A stretch of 64,000 bases of DNA from an uncultured Methanosarcinales archaeon (GTDB lineage: Archaea > Nanobdellota > Nanobdellia > Woesearchaeales > JACPBV01). The stretch covers positions 6,877 to 70,876 of the forward strand of contig CAZTWQ010000001.1 in the NCBI GenBank assembly GCA_964618315.1, given 5' to 3'. Position numbers and translations under genes: made by a program. A model generated the notes under the pieces. That model was given only the letters and a program-made list of their open reading frames with translations, was not told the DNA's origin and ran no database searches. How positions within the stretch are numbered: the stretch's first letter is position 1; each line of letters opens with the position of its first letter. Below, one piece after another: positions 55,228 to 64,000 of this stretch.

Positions 55228-56445
55228 ATGATAAAAGATTATCTTATTTTTTCTTTTAATAGCCTTAAATCCAGAAAACTAAGAAGCTGGTTAACAGTAC
55301 TAGGTATACTTATAGGTATAACTGCTGTTGTTGCTTTGATAGGGTTGGGGGAGGGGCTTAAGGCTGCTATAAATTCTCAATTTGGTATTAGTGCTACTGA
55401 AGTACTTACAGTACAGGCTGGAGGATTATCTGCAGCAGGACCACCAGGGACTGGTGTTGTTAATCCATTAACACAAGAAGATACAGATGCTATAATGAAA
55501 TTGAGTGTTGTTGAGAGAGCTATTCCGAGAAATATGGAAACTGGTAAACTAGAGTTTAATGATAATGTTGTTTTTGGAATGTCAATAGGCGTTCCTGATG
55601 GGGAAGATAGGAAATTTACATATGATGCACTAGAACTGGAGATAGAAGAAGGCAGGCTACTTAAGGATGGAGATACTATGAAAGTAGTTCTTGGAAATAA
55701 TTTTTATACAGACAACGTTGGGCTTGATAAAACAGTTATGGCTGGGGATACTGTATTGATACAAGATAAGAAATTTGATGTAGTAGGCATAATAAAAAAG
55801 AAAGGAAGTTTCATATTTGATAATATGGTTGTAATGAATGAAGATGTTTTGAATGATATATTTGAGATTGATAATGAAGTCGATATTATTGCAGTGCAGG
55901 TAAAAGATAAGTCATTAATGCAAAAAGGAAAAGAAGATATAGAGAAATTATTAAGGAAAAGAAGGAATGTTAAAGAAGGTGAGGAGGATTTTTCTGTAGA
56001 GACACCTGACTCTGCTATGTCTGACATTAATTCTATATTGACGGGAGTACAGATATTTATCGCTATAATTGCAAGTATATCTATAATTGTTGGTTCTATA
56101 GGGATTACAAATACCATGTTTACATCTGTTACTGAGAGAAAAAAACAGATAGGGATAATGAAATCGATTGGTGCAAGAAATTCAGATATATTTTATCTTT
56201 TTTCCATAGAATCTGGAATGTTAGGGATGGTTGGGGGATTTATAGGGACTGTTATCGGTGGGTTTATCTCATTTGTGGGTACTATGGGTATAAATATATT
56301 CATAGGCGCAAACATACAACCACAAATTAATCTTATTTTAATATTTGGTGCATTGATGGGGAGTTTCTTAATAGGATCTATTGCAGGGACTGTTCCTGCA
56401 ATGAGGGCTGCAGAACTTAAACCAGTGGATGCTTTAAGACAATGA
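55228..56445 (+). CDS. ABC transporter permease, FtsX/MacB-type
   Basis: N-terminal TM segment, a large periplasmic-type domain and a C-terminal 3-TM FtsX domain. Confidence 0.8.
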   Translation: MIKDYLIFSFNSLKSRKLRSWLTVLGILIGITAVVALIGLGEGLKAAINSQFGISATEVLTVQAGGLSAAGPPGTGVVNPLTQEDTDAIMKLSVVERAIPRNMETGKLEFNDNVVFGMSIGVPDGEDRKFTYDALELEIEEGRLLKDGDTMKVVLGNNFYTDNVGLDKTVMAGDTVLIQDKKFDVVGIIKKKGSFIFDNMVVMNEDVLNDIFEIDNEVDIIAVQVKDKSLMQKGKEDIEKLLRKRRNVKEGEEDFSVETPDSAMSDINSILTGVQIFIAIIASISIIVGSIGITNTMFTSVTERKKQIGIMKSIGARNSDIFYLFSIESGMLGMVGGFIGTVIGGFISFVGTMGINIFIGANIQPQINLILIFGALMGSFLIGSIAGTVPAMRAAELKPVDALRQ

Positions 56446-57653
56446 AGATAGAAATAGTAAAATATGCTTTGAAGAACCTTTGGCTTAGAAAAGCAAGGAG
56501 TTTTCTTACTGTGCTCTCTATTATGATAGGTATTTCTGCAATTTTTATATTTGCAAGTTTCGGTCTGGGGTTGTATAAATATGTTGAAGATATCGCTTCA
56601 GAATCAGGGGTTGATATATTTTGGGTACAAGGAAAAGGGAATAGTGCACCCGGACTAGATGATTCATTTAAGCTTGAGGATAAGGATCTAAGGGCTGTTG
56701 ACAGGACTAACGGAGTTGAGATAGCTACTGGAATGTATGTAAAAGTCGCTGAGGTCGAGAAAGATAGAGTAAAAAGATATGTTTATCTGATGGGATATTC
56801 TGATGAAAGAGAAGAGATCAAATTAGTCGAATCATTGATGACTGTTAAGATGGAAAAGGGGAGACAATTTCGTAAAGGGGATATTGGCAAGGCAATATTA
56901 GGTTATAATTATCTTGTTCCTGATAAAATCTTTTCTAAGCCCTATAAAATGGGGGATAAAGTGGAGATCAATGGGAGAAAGTTTGATATTGTAGGGTTTT
57001 ATGAATCTGTAGGTAATCCTGGCGACGATTCTAATGTTTACTTAGTTCAAGATGATGCAAAAGCATTGTTTGAAATCAATTCTTATGGGATGATTATGGC
57101 TAGAGTCCATGATAAAGATGAGATGGATAATGTGGTAAACAGAGCAGAAAAAAAATTACGAAATGTTCGTGACCTGGAAGAGGGAAAGGAAGATTTTTCT
57201 GTCCAGTCTTTTGCAGATGCACTTGAGACATTCACAAGCGTACTAAATATAATAGTGGGATTCATATTTTTGATAGTCATAATATCTGCTATTGTAGCTT
57301 CTGTAAATACTGCAAATACTATGATTACTTCAGTTCTTGAAAGGACAAGAGAGATTGGTGTGATGAAATCAATCGGTGCGACTAATGATAATATCAAGAA
57401 TATATTTATCCTTGAATCTGCTGTAATTGGTTTTGTTGCTGGTTTTTTTGGAGTGGTAGTGGGTTGGCTTTTAGCCTATAGCAGTGGTCAAGCATTAGAT
57501 GGTTTAGGTTGGGGTTTTCTTATGCCCACTTTCCCTTTAGCATTATGGACTGGGTGTATATTATTATCTACATTAGTCGGGATGTTTTCTGGATTTGTTC
57601 CTGCTTATTATGCGTCTAAGCAGAAGCCTGTAGAGGCATTACGATATGAATAA
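56442..57653 (+). CDS. ABC transporter permease, FtsX/MacB-type (second copy)
   Basis: Same architecture as the upstream permease; 4-nt overlap suggests translational coupling. Confidence 0.8.
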   Translation: MKIEIVKYALKNLWLRKARSFLTVLSIMIGISAIFIFASFGLGLYKYVEDIASESGVDIFWVQGKGNSAPGLDDSFKLEDKDLRAVDRTNGVEIATGMYVKVAEVEKDRVKRYVYLMGYSDEREEIKLVESLMTVKMEKGRQFRKGDIGKAILGYNYLVPDKIFSKPYKMGDKVEINGRKFDIVGFYESVGNPGDDSNVYLVQDDAKALFEINSYGMIMARVHDKDEMDNVVNRAEKKLRNVRDLEEGKEDFSVQSFADALETFTSVLNIIVGFIFLIVIISAIVASVNTANTMITSVLERTREIGVMKSIGATNDNIKNIFILESAVIGFVAGFFGVVVGWLLAYSSGQALDGLGWGFLMPTFPLALWTGCILLSTLVGMFSGFVPAYYASKQKPVEALRYE

Positions 57654-57706
57654 ATTGATTTCTGGAATACATTAAATTAATAAACAGATGGCTGTTTTTT
57701 ATTTTT

Positions 57707-59062
57707 ATGAGAAAAGATCTTACTACAGGTAGTATAACCAAGACTATATTAGTTACTGCTATGCCTATGGTGTTAGCATTGCTGCTTCGTACTGGATTTA
57801 ATATAGTTGATGCTATTTATGTGGGTAGGATTTCAGCAGAGGCAATAGCTGCTGTTTCTTTAGCGTTTCCAATAATGTTTTTTATCCATGCTATTGGTGG
57901 GGGAGTTGATGTTGGTGTTACTTCACTTATTGCAAGATATATGGGTGCTAAAAAGGTTGAAAAGGCAGATAATGTTGCTGAGCATGGGTTGCTAAGTGGT
58001 TTAGTATTAGGTATAGTGTTTATGATTTTGGGGTTAATATTCGGTAAGAATTTATTGATGTTAATGGGGGCAGGTTCATTATTAGACTTGTCCTTAGATT
58101 ATTTGAATATTATATTTATTGGAACTCTTTTTATGATGTTGTTCTTTATTGGAAATGGGATATTTAGAGGGGAAGGAGATATGAAGACACCCATGATAAT
58201 TATGGTGATTGCTACTGTGATTAACATCATATTAGATCCAATATTTATCTTTGTTCTAGGACTAGGTGTTAAAGGTGCAGCTATTGCAACTTTGATATCT
58301 GAAGTGATTGGTTGTATATTGGTCATAGGTGCTTTATTTATGGGAAAATCATCTATTAAAATAAGACTTAGAGATTTCAAGTTTGATTTCTCAATTATAA
58401 AGAAAATATTTAAGATAGGAATACCTTCATCTTTATCTCAAGTAAGTATGTCTATCAGCTTGTTTGTTATGACACGGATAGTCTCTTCTTTTGGACCTTA
58501 TGCTATTGCTGCTTGGGGAATTATATTTAGAGTGGATAGTGTAGCAGTTTTGCCTGCAATAGGTTTGATGATAGCTTTGATCTCTTTAGTTGGACAGAAT
58601 GTAGGTGCTAAGAAATTTGATAGGGCAGAGAAGATGGTCTATAGAACATCAATTATTGCAGGAATATTTACTGGAGTTATTGGCCTAGTGTTCTTTGCTT
58701 TTCCTACAGCAATAATGTCAATCTTTAATACAAATCCCGAAGTTATTAGATATGGTGTAATGTATCTAAGGTCTGTTACATTAGTTTATGCTTTTGTTGG
58801 AGTTGGGATAAGTATAAATGGTGGCTTTTTAGGTGCCGGAGATGCTATAACTGCATTATTCTTGACCTTATTGAGAGTTATGATAATTACAATTCCTGTT
58901 GCTTTGATACTGGCTTTTGGGTTTAAACTAGGGATATTAGGGGTATGGTTGTCTTTTTTGGTCTCTACTCTGATTTCAACCAGTACTGCATTGTTGTTGT
59001 TTAGAACAGGAAGATGGAAGAAAGCGCATATTAAGAAAGAAGATGTTCCTATTGTTGGTTAA
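57707..59062 (+). CDS. MATE-family multidrug efflux transporter
   Basis: 12-TM protein of 451 aa with MATE-like N- and C-terminal repeats. Confidence 0.8.
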   Translation: MRKDLTTGSITKTILVTAMPMVLALLLRTGFNIVDAIYVGRISAEAIAAVSLAFPIMFFIHAIGGGVDVGVTSLIARYMGAKKVEKADNVAEHGLLSGLVLGIVFMILGLIFGKNLLMLMGAGSLLDLSLDYLNIIFIGTLFMMLFFIGNGIFRGEGDMKTPMIIMVIATVINIILDPIFIFVLGLGVKGAAIATLISEVIGCILVIGALFMGKSSIKIRLRDFKFDFSIIKKIFKIGIPSSLSQVSMSISLFVMTRIVSSFGPYAIAAWGIIFRVDSVAVLPAIGLMIALISLVGQNVGAKKFDRAEKMVYRTSIIAGIFTGVIGLVFFAFPTAIMSIFNTNPEVIRYGVMYLRSVTLVYAFVGVGISINGGFLGAGDAITALFLTLLRVMIITIPVALILAFGFKLGILGVWLSFLVSTLISTSTALLLFRTGRWKKAHIKKEDVPIVG

Positions 59063-59993
59063 TTCTTTTTAGGTATTGGTTTAGTTTTATTTTAATATTA
59101 TCTTTTAGTTTGTTGTTTATTTTAAGTTGGTTTAGTTCTTTGTCTATATTTATCTTGGGTGGTTTTGTCAGGGTTCCTTTGAATGTTCTTTTTGCTAATT
59201 TTGCTTGTCTTTCTATTTCTTTTGCGTATTTTGTGTTGAACTTTCTTATGCTAGGGAATTTTGTGATTGTGTCTGCTCCTGCGTTTAAGAGTTTATGTAT
59301 TTCGTTTAAATGAGTAAGCCAAGAACCAACTACTATCTTTAGTTTAGGGAATTCTTTTCTTGTTTTCTGAATCCATTTTACATAGTATGGTGTTTTTGGT
59401 ACGGGTTTGTTTTCGAAAATGGTATCTTTTTGTGGTTTTAACCTGTAGAATGTGATTCTTTGTATATTGTGTTTTTTTATGAATTGTTTTAGGTGTTTGA
59501 AGTCATCTAATGTTTCTCCTAATCCTATTATTATTGTGATTGTTTTTTTTATGTTTAGTTTTGTTGCTAATTTGAACATATCTTCTATTTTGTTTAGAGG
59601 TTTACTTGGGCAGATTGTGTCTCTTAGTTTTGGTGTGATGCATTCTACTGTTCCGCAGACACCTTCTATGTAGGGTTTGAATAAAGTTAGTTGTGTTTTG
59701 TTTAAAGTTCCAAGGTTTAGCCATTGTTTTTGGTTGGTTATCTCCTTTATTGTTTTTATTATATTTAGTAGTTCTTTGTTGTTGAATGTGTCACAGCCTC
59801 CGCTTATGAATTCAACTTTCCAGCCTGCTGCTTTGCATATGATTGCTTCTGCGAAGATTGATGATAATGACCTGCGGTCTTTTTTAGGGTCTTGTTGGGT
59901 GTGTTTTCTGCTGCTTAAGTAGCAGAACTGGCAGTCTCTTTTGCTGCAGTACCAACTGATGAAAATTGCCCTTTCGAACTGTGTTGTTTTCAT
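59049..59993 (-). CDS. radical SAM protein (BioB/HydE-like core)
   Basis: CSKRDCQFC (CxxxCxxC) near the N-terminus and a TIM-barrel-like body; 314 aa. Confidence 0.6.
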   Translation of the reverse strand: MKTTQFERAIFISWYCSKRDCQFCYLSSRKHTQQDPKKDRRSLSSIFAEAIICKAAGWKVEFISGGCDTFNNKELLNIIKTIKEITNQKQWLNLGTLNKTQLTLFKPYIEGVCGTVECITPKLRDTICPSKPLNKIEDMFKLATKLNIKKTITIIIGLGETLDDFKHLKQFIKKHNIQRITFYRLKPQKDTIFENKPVPKTPYYVKWIQKTRKEFPKLKIVVGSWLTHLNEIHKLLNAGADTITKFPSIRKFNTKYAKEIERQAKLAKRTFKGTLTKPPKINIDKELNQLKINNKLKDNIKIKLNQYLKRINQQ

Positions 59994-60144
59994 AATGCTT
60001 CAGAATGAATGTGGCTATAAAAAGGTTGAGGTTGTGCAAGGGTGTTGTGCTGAGTCATGACATATGTCACCACCATTAAAATAGTATTGAAGAATTCCTA
60101 AAAGGCTATTTTACATTTAATCTGCCCAATTACTAGTTCGCTGA

Positions 60145-61020
60145 CTACGATGAACGAATCTCCACCATATGGTCAATATAGGATACACAATCTTCCTTAC
60201 TGGAAGTATTAATTATGAAATTACATATATTAACATCCATTGTTCTAAAAGCAACACCCCTGTAACATTCATCCCCTTTAGAACCAGCTTTCTTACAGTT
60301 AGAATAATCCCCATTTTGGAAGGCAATAGACCTATAACACTCAAATTTTTTACTAGTATTATTGACTAATTTCTCGCAATAAGAATCATTTAATGTATTT
60401 TCTGCAACCCTAACATAACATGATTCTTTATTTTTATTATTTTCAGTAATATTTATTTCACAATCTTCTATCCTAGGGGCTAGGACCATTCTGTTAAAAT
60501 CCAAATTTTTAACAGAATCTGTATAATTAAAGTCTATAGGGGGTAATTTATGGTAAACATGAACATAATGATTCACATCATAATACAGAAATAAATTAAC
60601 ACCCCAGTCTATAGAAGAATCAATTCCAGAGTGCACCTCCAATTCCTTAAATATGAGTCTAAACAAACCTTTCTTGTAATTAATTGTTAGAAACTGAGGT
60701 GCATTAATGGAATAAGAATCACCATCAAACATCCAACCATTATTTTCTAAATATTCCTTATATTTTATACGTGTCCCATTTATCATAACAGAACTTGTAT
60801 AAAAGCTACACCTTATACTAAAACTAGATGTCCAACTGTTGTATTCGTAATGGTAATTTTTGCATATGCCATCTTTTGAGAAAATAGGTATTTTATCAAA
60901 CTCATTATCCATCCTAGAGTGAATTATGGGCCTTAGGATTAAATGAAATAATATGGATTGCCAAAAGACTAGGAGTACCATGATTATAACAATAATCCAC
61001 CCTAGATATTTCTTTTTCAT
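60145..61020 (-). CDS. hypothetical membrane-anchored protein with a C-terminal Cys-containing tandem repeat
   Basis: N-terminal TM segment; four roughly 20-aa repeats of the form (E/D)xCYxx(V/I)AxxxxDxxxC. Confidence 0.45.
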   Translation of the reverse strand: MKKKYLGWIIVIIMVLLVFWQSILFHLILRPIIHSRMDNEFDKIPIFSKDGICKNYHYEYNSWTSSFSIRCSFYTSSVMINGTRIKYKEYLENNGWMFDGDSYSINAPQFLTINYKKGLFRLIFKELEVHSGIDSSIDWGVNLFLYYDVNHYVHVYHKLPPIDFNYTDSVKNLDFNRMVLAPRIEDCEINITENNKNKESCYVRVAENTLNDSYCEKLVNNTSKKFECYRSIAFQNGDYSNCKKAGSKGDECYRGVAFRTMDVNICNFIINTSSKEDCVSYIDHMVEIRSS

Positions 61021-61080
61021 ACTGAAACAATATTATAAATATTATAAAAGGTTTTCTAAAAAACTTTATTTAAAAAAGCC

Positions 61081-61176
61081 CTTGGGAAGAGTTGCACTCC
61101 CGACCTGCTGATTACGAATGCTGAGTTGAAGATAAACAACTGTCAGCCGCAATAGCTACTATGCTACAAGGGCATG
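61081..61176 (-). ncRNA. tRNA-like structured RNA candidate (possibly an intron-containing tRNA), followed by a T-run
   Basis: On the minus strand there is a perfect 7-bp terminal helix (GCCCTTG/CAAGGGC), a D-arm-like segment and an anticodon-arm-like hairpin (GCTGA...TCAGC) around a CAGTTG loop. It is followed by TTTTTT. Confidence 0.3.
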
Positions 61177-61199
61177 ATAAAAGTGAAGAAACAATGGAG

Positions 61200-61343
61200 C
61201 TATTTAAGATTTTTCAATAGCTCTTCTTTCGTCGTAAATTTCTTTTGACATTCTGAACAGACTGGTTTTTTACCTATGTAAGTGCCATCTAGTTTACCTA
61301 AGAAGGTGTTTTCTATCTTTTTAGAGCATATTGAACATTTCAT
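61200..61343 (-). CDS. small zinc-ribbon protein, 47 aa
   Basis: Hand-translated MKCSICSKKIENTFLGKLDGTYIGKKPVCSECQKKFTTKEELLKNLK. Confidence 0.35.
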   Translation of the reverse strand: MKCSICSKKIENTFLGKLDGTYIGKKPVCSECQKKFTTKEELLKNLK

Positions 61344-61390
61344 AGGTAATAGAATATTTAATTTATTTATTAAGTTATTGGAAAAATAGA

Positions 61391-62329
61391 TTATCTAGCT
61401 TGATAAACTGCAACAACTTCTACGCCAGCTACAAAATTATCTGGAATCTGGGTTATATTAGCAAATATGCCTGTGCTGCTTGGATTAGGATAATGGTCAT
61501 TTTCAACAGGTCTTACTGCGCCTACACCCTCAGCCTGGTATACTTCTGTTCTTACTGGATTGAAACATAATGTATAATAATTATCATTTGGGCCATTAGA
61601 TTTAATATCATGGGGGTGAGCTAGAAATTGGCCAAGATTAAATCTAGTATCGACAACATCTCTCCAATTAGCCCTACCATCTCTTGTTAATGTTGTTGTT
61701 AATCTTTCAAAAAGACCAGCCATTATATCGTTATACTCTGTTGATGTTAATTCAGTAACGGACTTGTCTGCCTTAGCAAAATCATATAGGAGAAGAAAGT
61801 CAAGATCACCAACTGAGATTATGCGTTCTGTTTGTTTGGTTGAACCCCTCATCGCCATCCTGTGATAATCTGCATAAGCCTGACAAAAAGGAGATAGATC
61901 TAAACCTGATTGATTGTCAACTGCTAAAGCATCTGTTTCAGTAAGCCACCCATCCCTACAGACATCAGAAAGATACAGGTCATGAGAATTATCAAGAGTA
62001 CTTGCTGATTGTGTTCCATTTGGGGCATGCTCTGGTTTGATATATGTTGCAGCATGGACTATCTGCCTTAATTCCATACCAGCAGATCTAAATACGCCAT
62101 TAATGTTATACCACTTTCTTGTTTTTTGTGCTGCTAAATCACCAACAGCTACAACCTGACCCTTTGCATCTATAGAAGCAGTACCTGAAAGAAATAATAA
62201 TTTGGCTAGTCCTGCTCCTGGATTTTCGAATGATACAAGTGTCCCTCTTGAAAAACCTGAACCATATGATGTAGCTTCAGGCATTCCTTCTGGAAAGCCT
62301 ATCTGTTTTATCTCTAGATTAGTTGACAT
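61391..62329 (-). CDS. hypothetical protein with atypical composition, N-terminal RidA/YjgF-like segment
   Basis: LLFLSGTASIDAKGQVVAVGDLAAQ weakly resembles RidA; the region has higher GC and the protein is Thr/Asp/Asn-rich. Confidence 0.35.
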   Translation of the reverse strand: MSTNLEIKQIGFPEGMPEATSYGSGFSRGTLVSFENPGAGLAKLLFLSGTASIDAKGQVVAVGDLAAQKTRKWYNINGVFRSAGMELRQIVHAATYIKPEHAPNGTQSASTLDNSHDLYLSDVCRDGWLTETDALAVDNQSGLDLSPFCQAYADYHRMAMRGSTKQTERIISVGDLDFLLLYDFAKADKSVTELTSTEYNDIMAGLFERLTTTLTRDGRANWRDVVDTRFNLGQFLAHPHDIKSNGPNDNYYTLCFNPVRTEVYQAEGVGAVRPVENDHYPNPSSTGIFANITQIPDNFVAGVEVVAVYQAR

Positions 62330-62427
62330 GATATTAACCTTTACTGATAAGAATGCGTTCCCTCTTTTAAACCTTACTTAATAGATAGTGCAAAAGTTTA
62401 TTAATGGTAATATAACTTTATAGTACT

Positions 62428-64000
62428 ATGACAAGAATAGCTATAATACAGAAAGAGAAATGCAACCCTGTTGGATGCGGAGGGTATCTTTGTATTAGGG
62501 TGTGCCCTATAAATAAGATGGGGGAAGAGTGTATTGTTGAAAGTGATGACAATAAACCTAAGATAAATGAAGAACTTTGCAATGGGTGTGGTATATGCCC
62601 TCATCGTTGTCCATTTGAAGCTATTTCAATCATCAATTTACCTGAAGAACTTGATAAACCACCTATACATCAATATGGGGAGAATGGGTTTCATCTTTAT
62701 TCGCTGCCAACACCGATATTTGGTAAGGTTGTGGGGATTGTAGGTGTTAATGGTATTGGGAAGAGTACTGCGATCAAGATATTAGCTGGTGTTCTTGAAC
62801 CAAATCTAGGTAAATTAGATAATACGAAGACAGATTATGATGAAGTAGTCAAATATTTCAAAGGTACGGAAGCGCAGGTATTTTTTGAGAAGGTGAAGGA
62901 TAAAAAGATTAAGATTAGCTATAAGCCTCAGCATGTTGATTTGATTCCTAAACAGACTAAAGGCAAGGTTAAAGATCTATTGAAGAAAGTTGATGAGAAA
63001 AAGCAGCTTGAGAAGATAGCTAAAGAATTAGGGATAGAAAAGATACTTGACAATGATATTTCTAAGATTTCTGGTGGTGAGCTACAGAGAGTTGCGATAG
63101 CTGCTACTGTCTTGAAAAAAGCAAATTTGTATATTTTTGATGAACCTTCGTCTTACCTAGATATCAAACAAAGATTGAAGATAGCTAAATTTATCAAATC
63201 ATTGGCTGATGAAGATACATCTGTTGTTGTTATTGAGCATGATCTGATTGTGATGGATTATATGGCTGATCTGATCCATATAATGTATGGTAAGGAAGGT
63301 TGTTATGGTATTGTTTCACAACTAAAGGCTGCAAAAGCAGGTATAAATTCTTATCTTGAGGGTTATATACGAGAAGATAATATAAGGTTTAGAGACCATA
63401 AGATTAAGTTTGAAGTTAGACCACCAGAAAAGAAATGCAAAGAGAATATATTAACAGAGTGGCCTGCTATGGAAAAGACATTAGGGAAGTTTAAGTTAAA
63501 AGCTAGTGAAGGAAGTGTAAATAAGCATGAGATAGCAGGAATAATAGGGGAGAATGGAATAGGTAAAACATCTTTTGTTAAACTATTGGCTGGTGTTATT
63601 AAGCCAGATAAGGGAGATGTTAATAGCAAGATTGTAGTTTCTTACAAACCGCAGAAGTTAGAAGCAGACTCTGATGAGGTGGTCATGATTGTCTTGCAGG
63701 AAGCTATCAAGAAACATACTAAAGATATTATCAATCCATTGGGGTTGAAGGGTATGTTTATGAAGAAACTTTCTGAGCTTTCTGGTGGTGAGTTGCAGCG
63801 GGTTTCAATTGCACTTGCTTTATCTAAGAAATGTGATTTATGTTTACTGGATGAACCTAGTGCTTATCTGGATGTTGAACAAAGGTTGATTGTTTCTAAG
63901 ATAATCAAGAATGTTGCAGAAGCTTCTGGAATCTCTATCTTAGTTGTAGATCATGATCTTTTGTTTATTGATTATTTATCCGATAGGTTGATTGTTTTTG
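62428..64000 (+). CDS. abcE1: ABCE1 / RNase L inhibitor-type ATPase (4Fe-4S plus twin ABC), 3'-partial at the window edge
   Basis: N-terminal 2x[4Fe-4S] motifs (CNPVGCGGYLCIRVCP, CNGCGICPHRCP) followed by two ABC domains (GVNGIGKST, LSGGELQRV). Not in the ORF track because no stop codon falls within the window. Confidence 0.85.
   Translation, partial: MTRIAIIQKEKCNPVGCGGYLCIRVCPINKMGEECIVESDDNKPKINEELCNGCGICPHRCPFEAISIINLPEELDKPPIHQYGENGFHLYSLPTPIFGKVVGIVGVNGIGKSTAIKILAGVLEPNLGKLDNTKTDYDEVVKYFKGTEAQVFFEKVKDKKIKISYKPQHVDLIPKQTKGKVKDLLKKVDEKKQLEKIAKELGIEKILDNDISKISGGELQRVAIAATVLKKANLYIFDEPSSYLDIKQRLKIAKFIKSLADEDTSVVVIEHDLIVMDYMADLIHIMYGKEGCYGIVSQLKAAKAGINSYLEGYIREDNIRFRDHKIKFEVRPPEKKCKENILTEWPAMEKTLGKFKLKASEGSVNKHEIAGIIGENGIGKTSFVKLLAGVIKPDKGDVNSKIVVSYKPQKLEADSDEVVMIVLQEAIKKHTKDIINPLGLKGMFMKKLSELSGGELQRVSIALALSKKCDLCLLDEPSAYLDVEQRLIVSKIIKNVAEASGISILVVDHDLLFIDYLSDRLIVF

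Noticed and set aside
60040-60075. 12-bp perfect palindrome TGACATATGTCA near 60055.
   Set aside because: It is isolated, short and lies in AT-rich spacer with no partner sites. Chance occurrence is likely.
62401-62604. Minus-strand ORF 62401..62604.
   Set aside because: It lies within the 5' end of the plus-strand ABCE1 gene (start 62428), which has unmistakable FeS and ABC motifs.
1-64000. CRISPR array or cas genes.
   Set aside because: No regularly spaced direct repeats of 25-40 bp and no Cas-like proteins were seen. The repeated GTGGTAATTAAAC and GGCAAGTG motifs are too short and too irregular, and have no unique spacers.

Overview
This is an AT-rich, gene-dense window that I read as archaeal, probably from a small-genome DPANN-like lineage; the lineage is a guess. 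The archaeal reading rests on two tRNA genes with introns, a replication factor C large subunit, an OB-fold single-stranded-DNA-binding protein, a eukaryal/archaeal-type glycyl-tRNA synthetase, ABCE1, a FlaI/FlaJ-like type IV pilus pair and free-standing LAGLIDADG genes. All annotations come from reading the protein sequences and motifs by eye; no searches were run.

Main content, in order along the window:
- 63..5034: a minus-strand oxidative-stress/redox island (trxB, glutaredoxin, two rubrerythrins, desulfoferrodoxin, desulforedoxin, a ferritin-like protein, a split ferredoxin:thioredoxin-reductase-like protein and several small Cys-rich ORFs missed by the ORF track).
- A DtxR-FeoA fusion gene with feoB, preceded by two DtxR-box-like repeats.
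- thiL and thiC, a yhhQ-type queuosine-precursor transporter, a Ca/Na antiporter, and an lgt homologue plus two lipobox lipoproteins (a bacterial-type lipoprotein pathway in an archaeal context).
- Two tandem HydC-HydB-HydA [FeFe]-hydrogenase modules; the first HydA has a non-canonical H-cluster L1 motif (TSCSPGW).
- tRNA-Cys directly upstream of cysS, then valS, rfcL, glyS, an SSB, and tRNA-Phe with two predicted introns.
- A FlaI/FlaJ-like pilus locus, an M50 protease, a MacB-type ABC system, a MATE pump, a radical-SAM protein and the start of ABCE1.

The signals I consider most novel:
- A three-member LAGLIDADG+HTH paralogue family. Two members carry a roughly 320-bp conserved upstream module with GGCAAGTG motif arrays, and two sit against intron-containing tRNA genes.
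- Three MITE-like elements with 19-bp terminal inverted repeats and perfect 9-bp target-site duplications. Two of them bracket rfcL.
- A bipartite double-palindrome motif that recurs at two distant sites.
- Several islets of atypical composition, one with an ORFan plus a RelE/ParE-like toxin pair.
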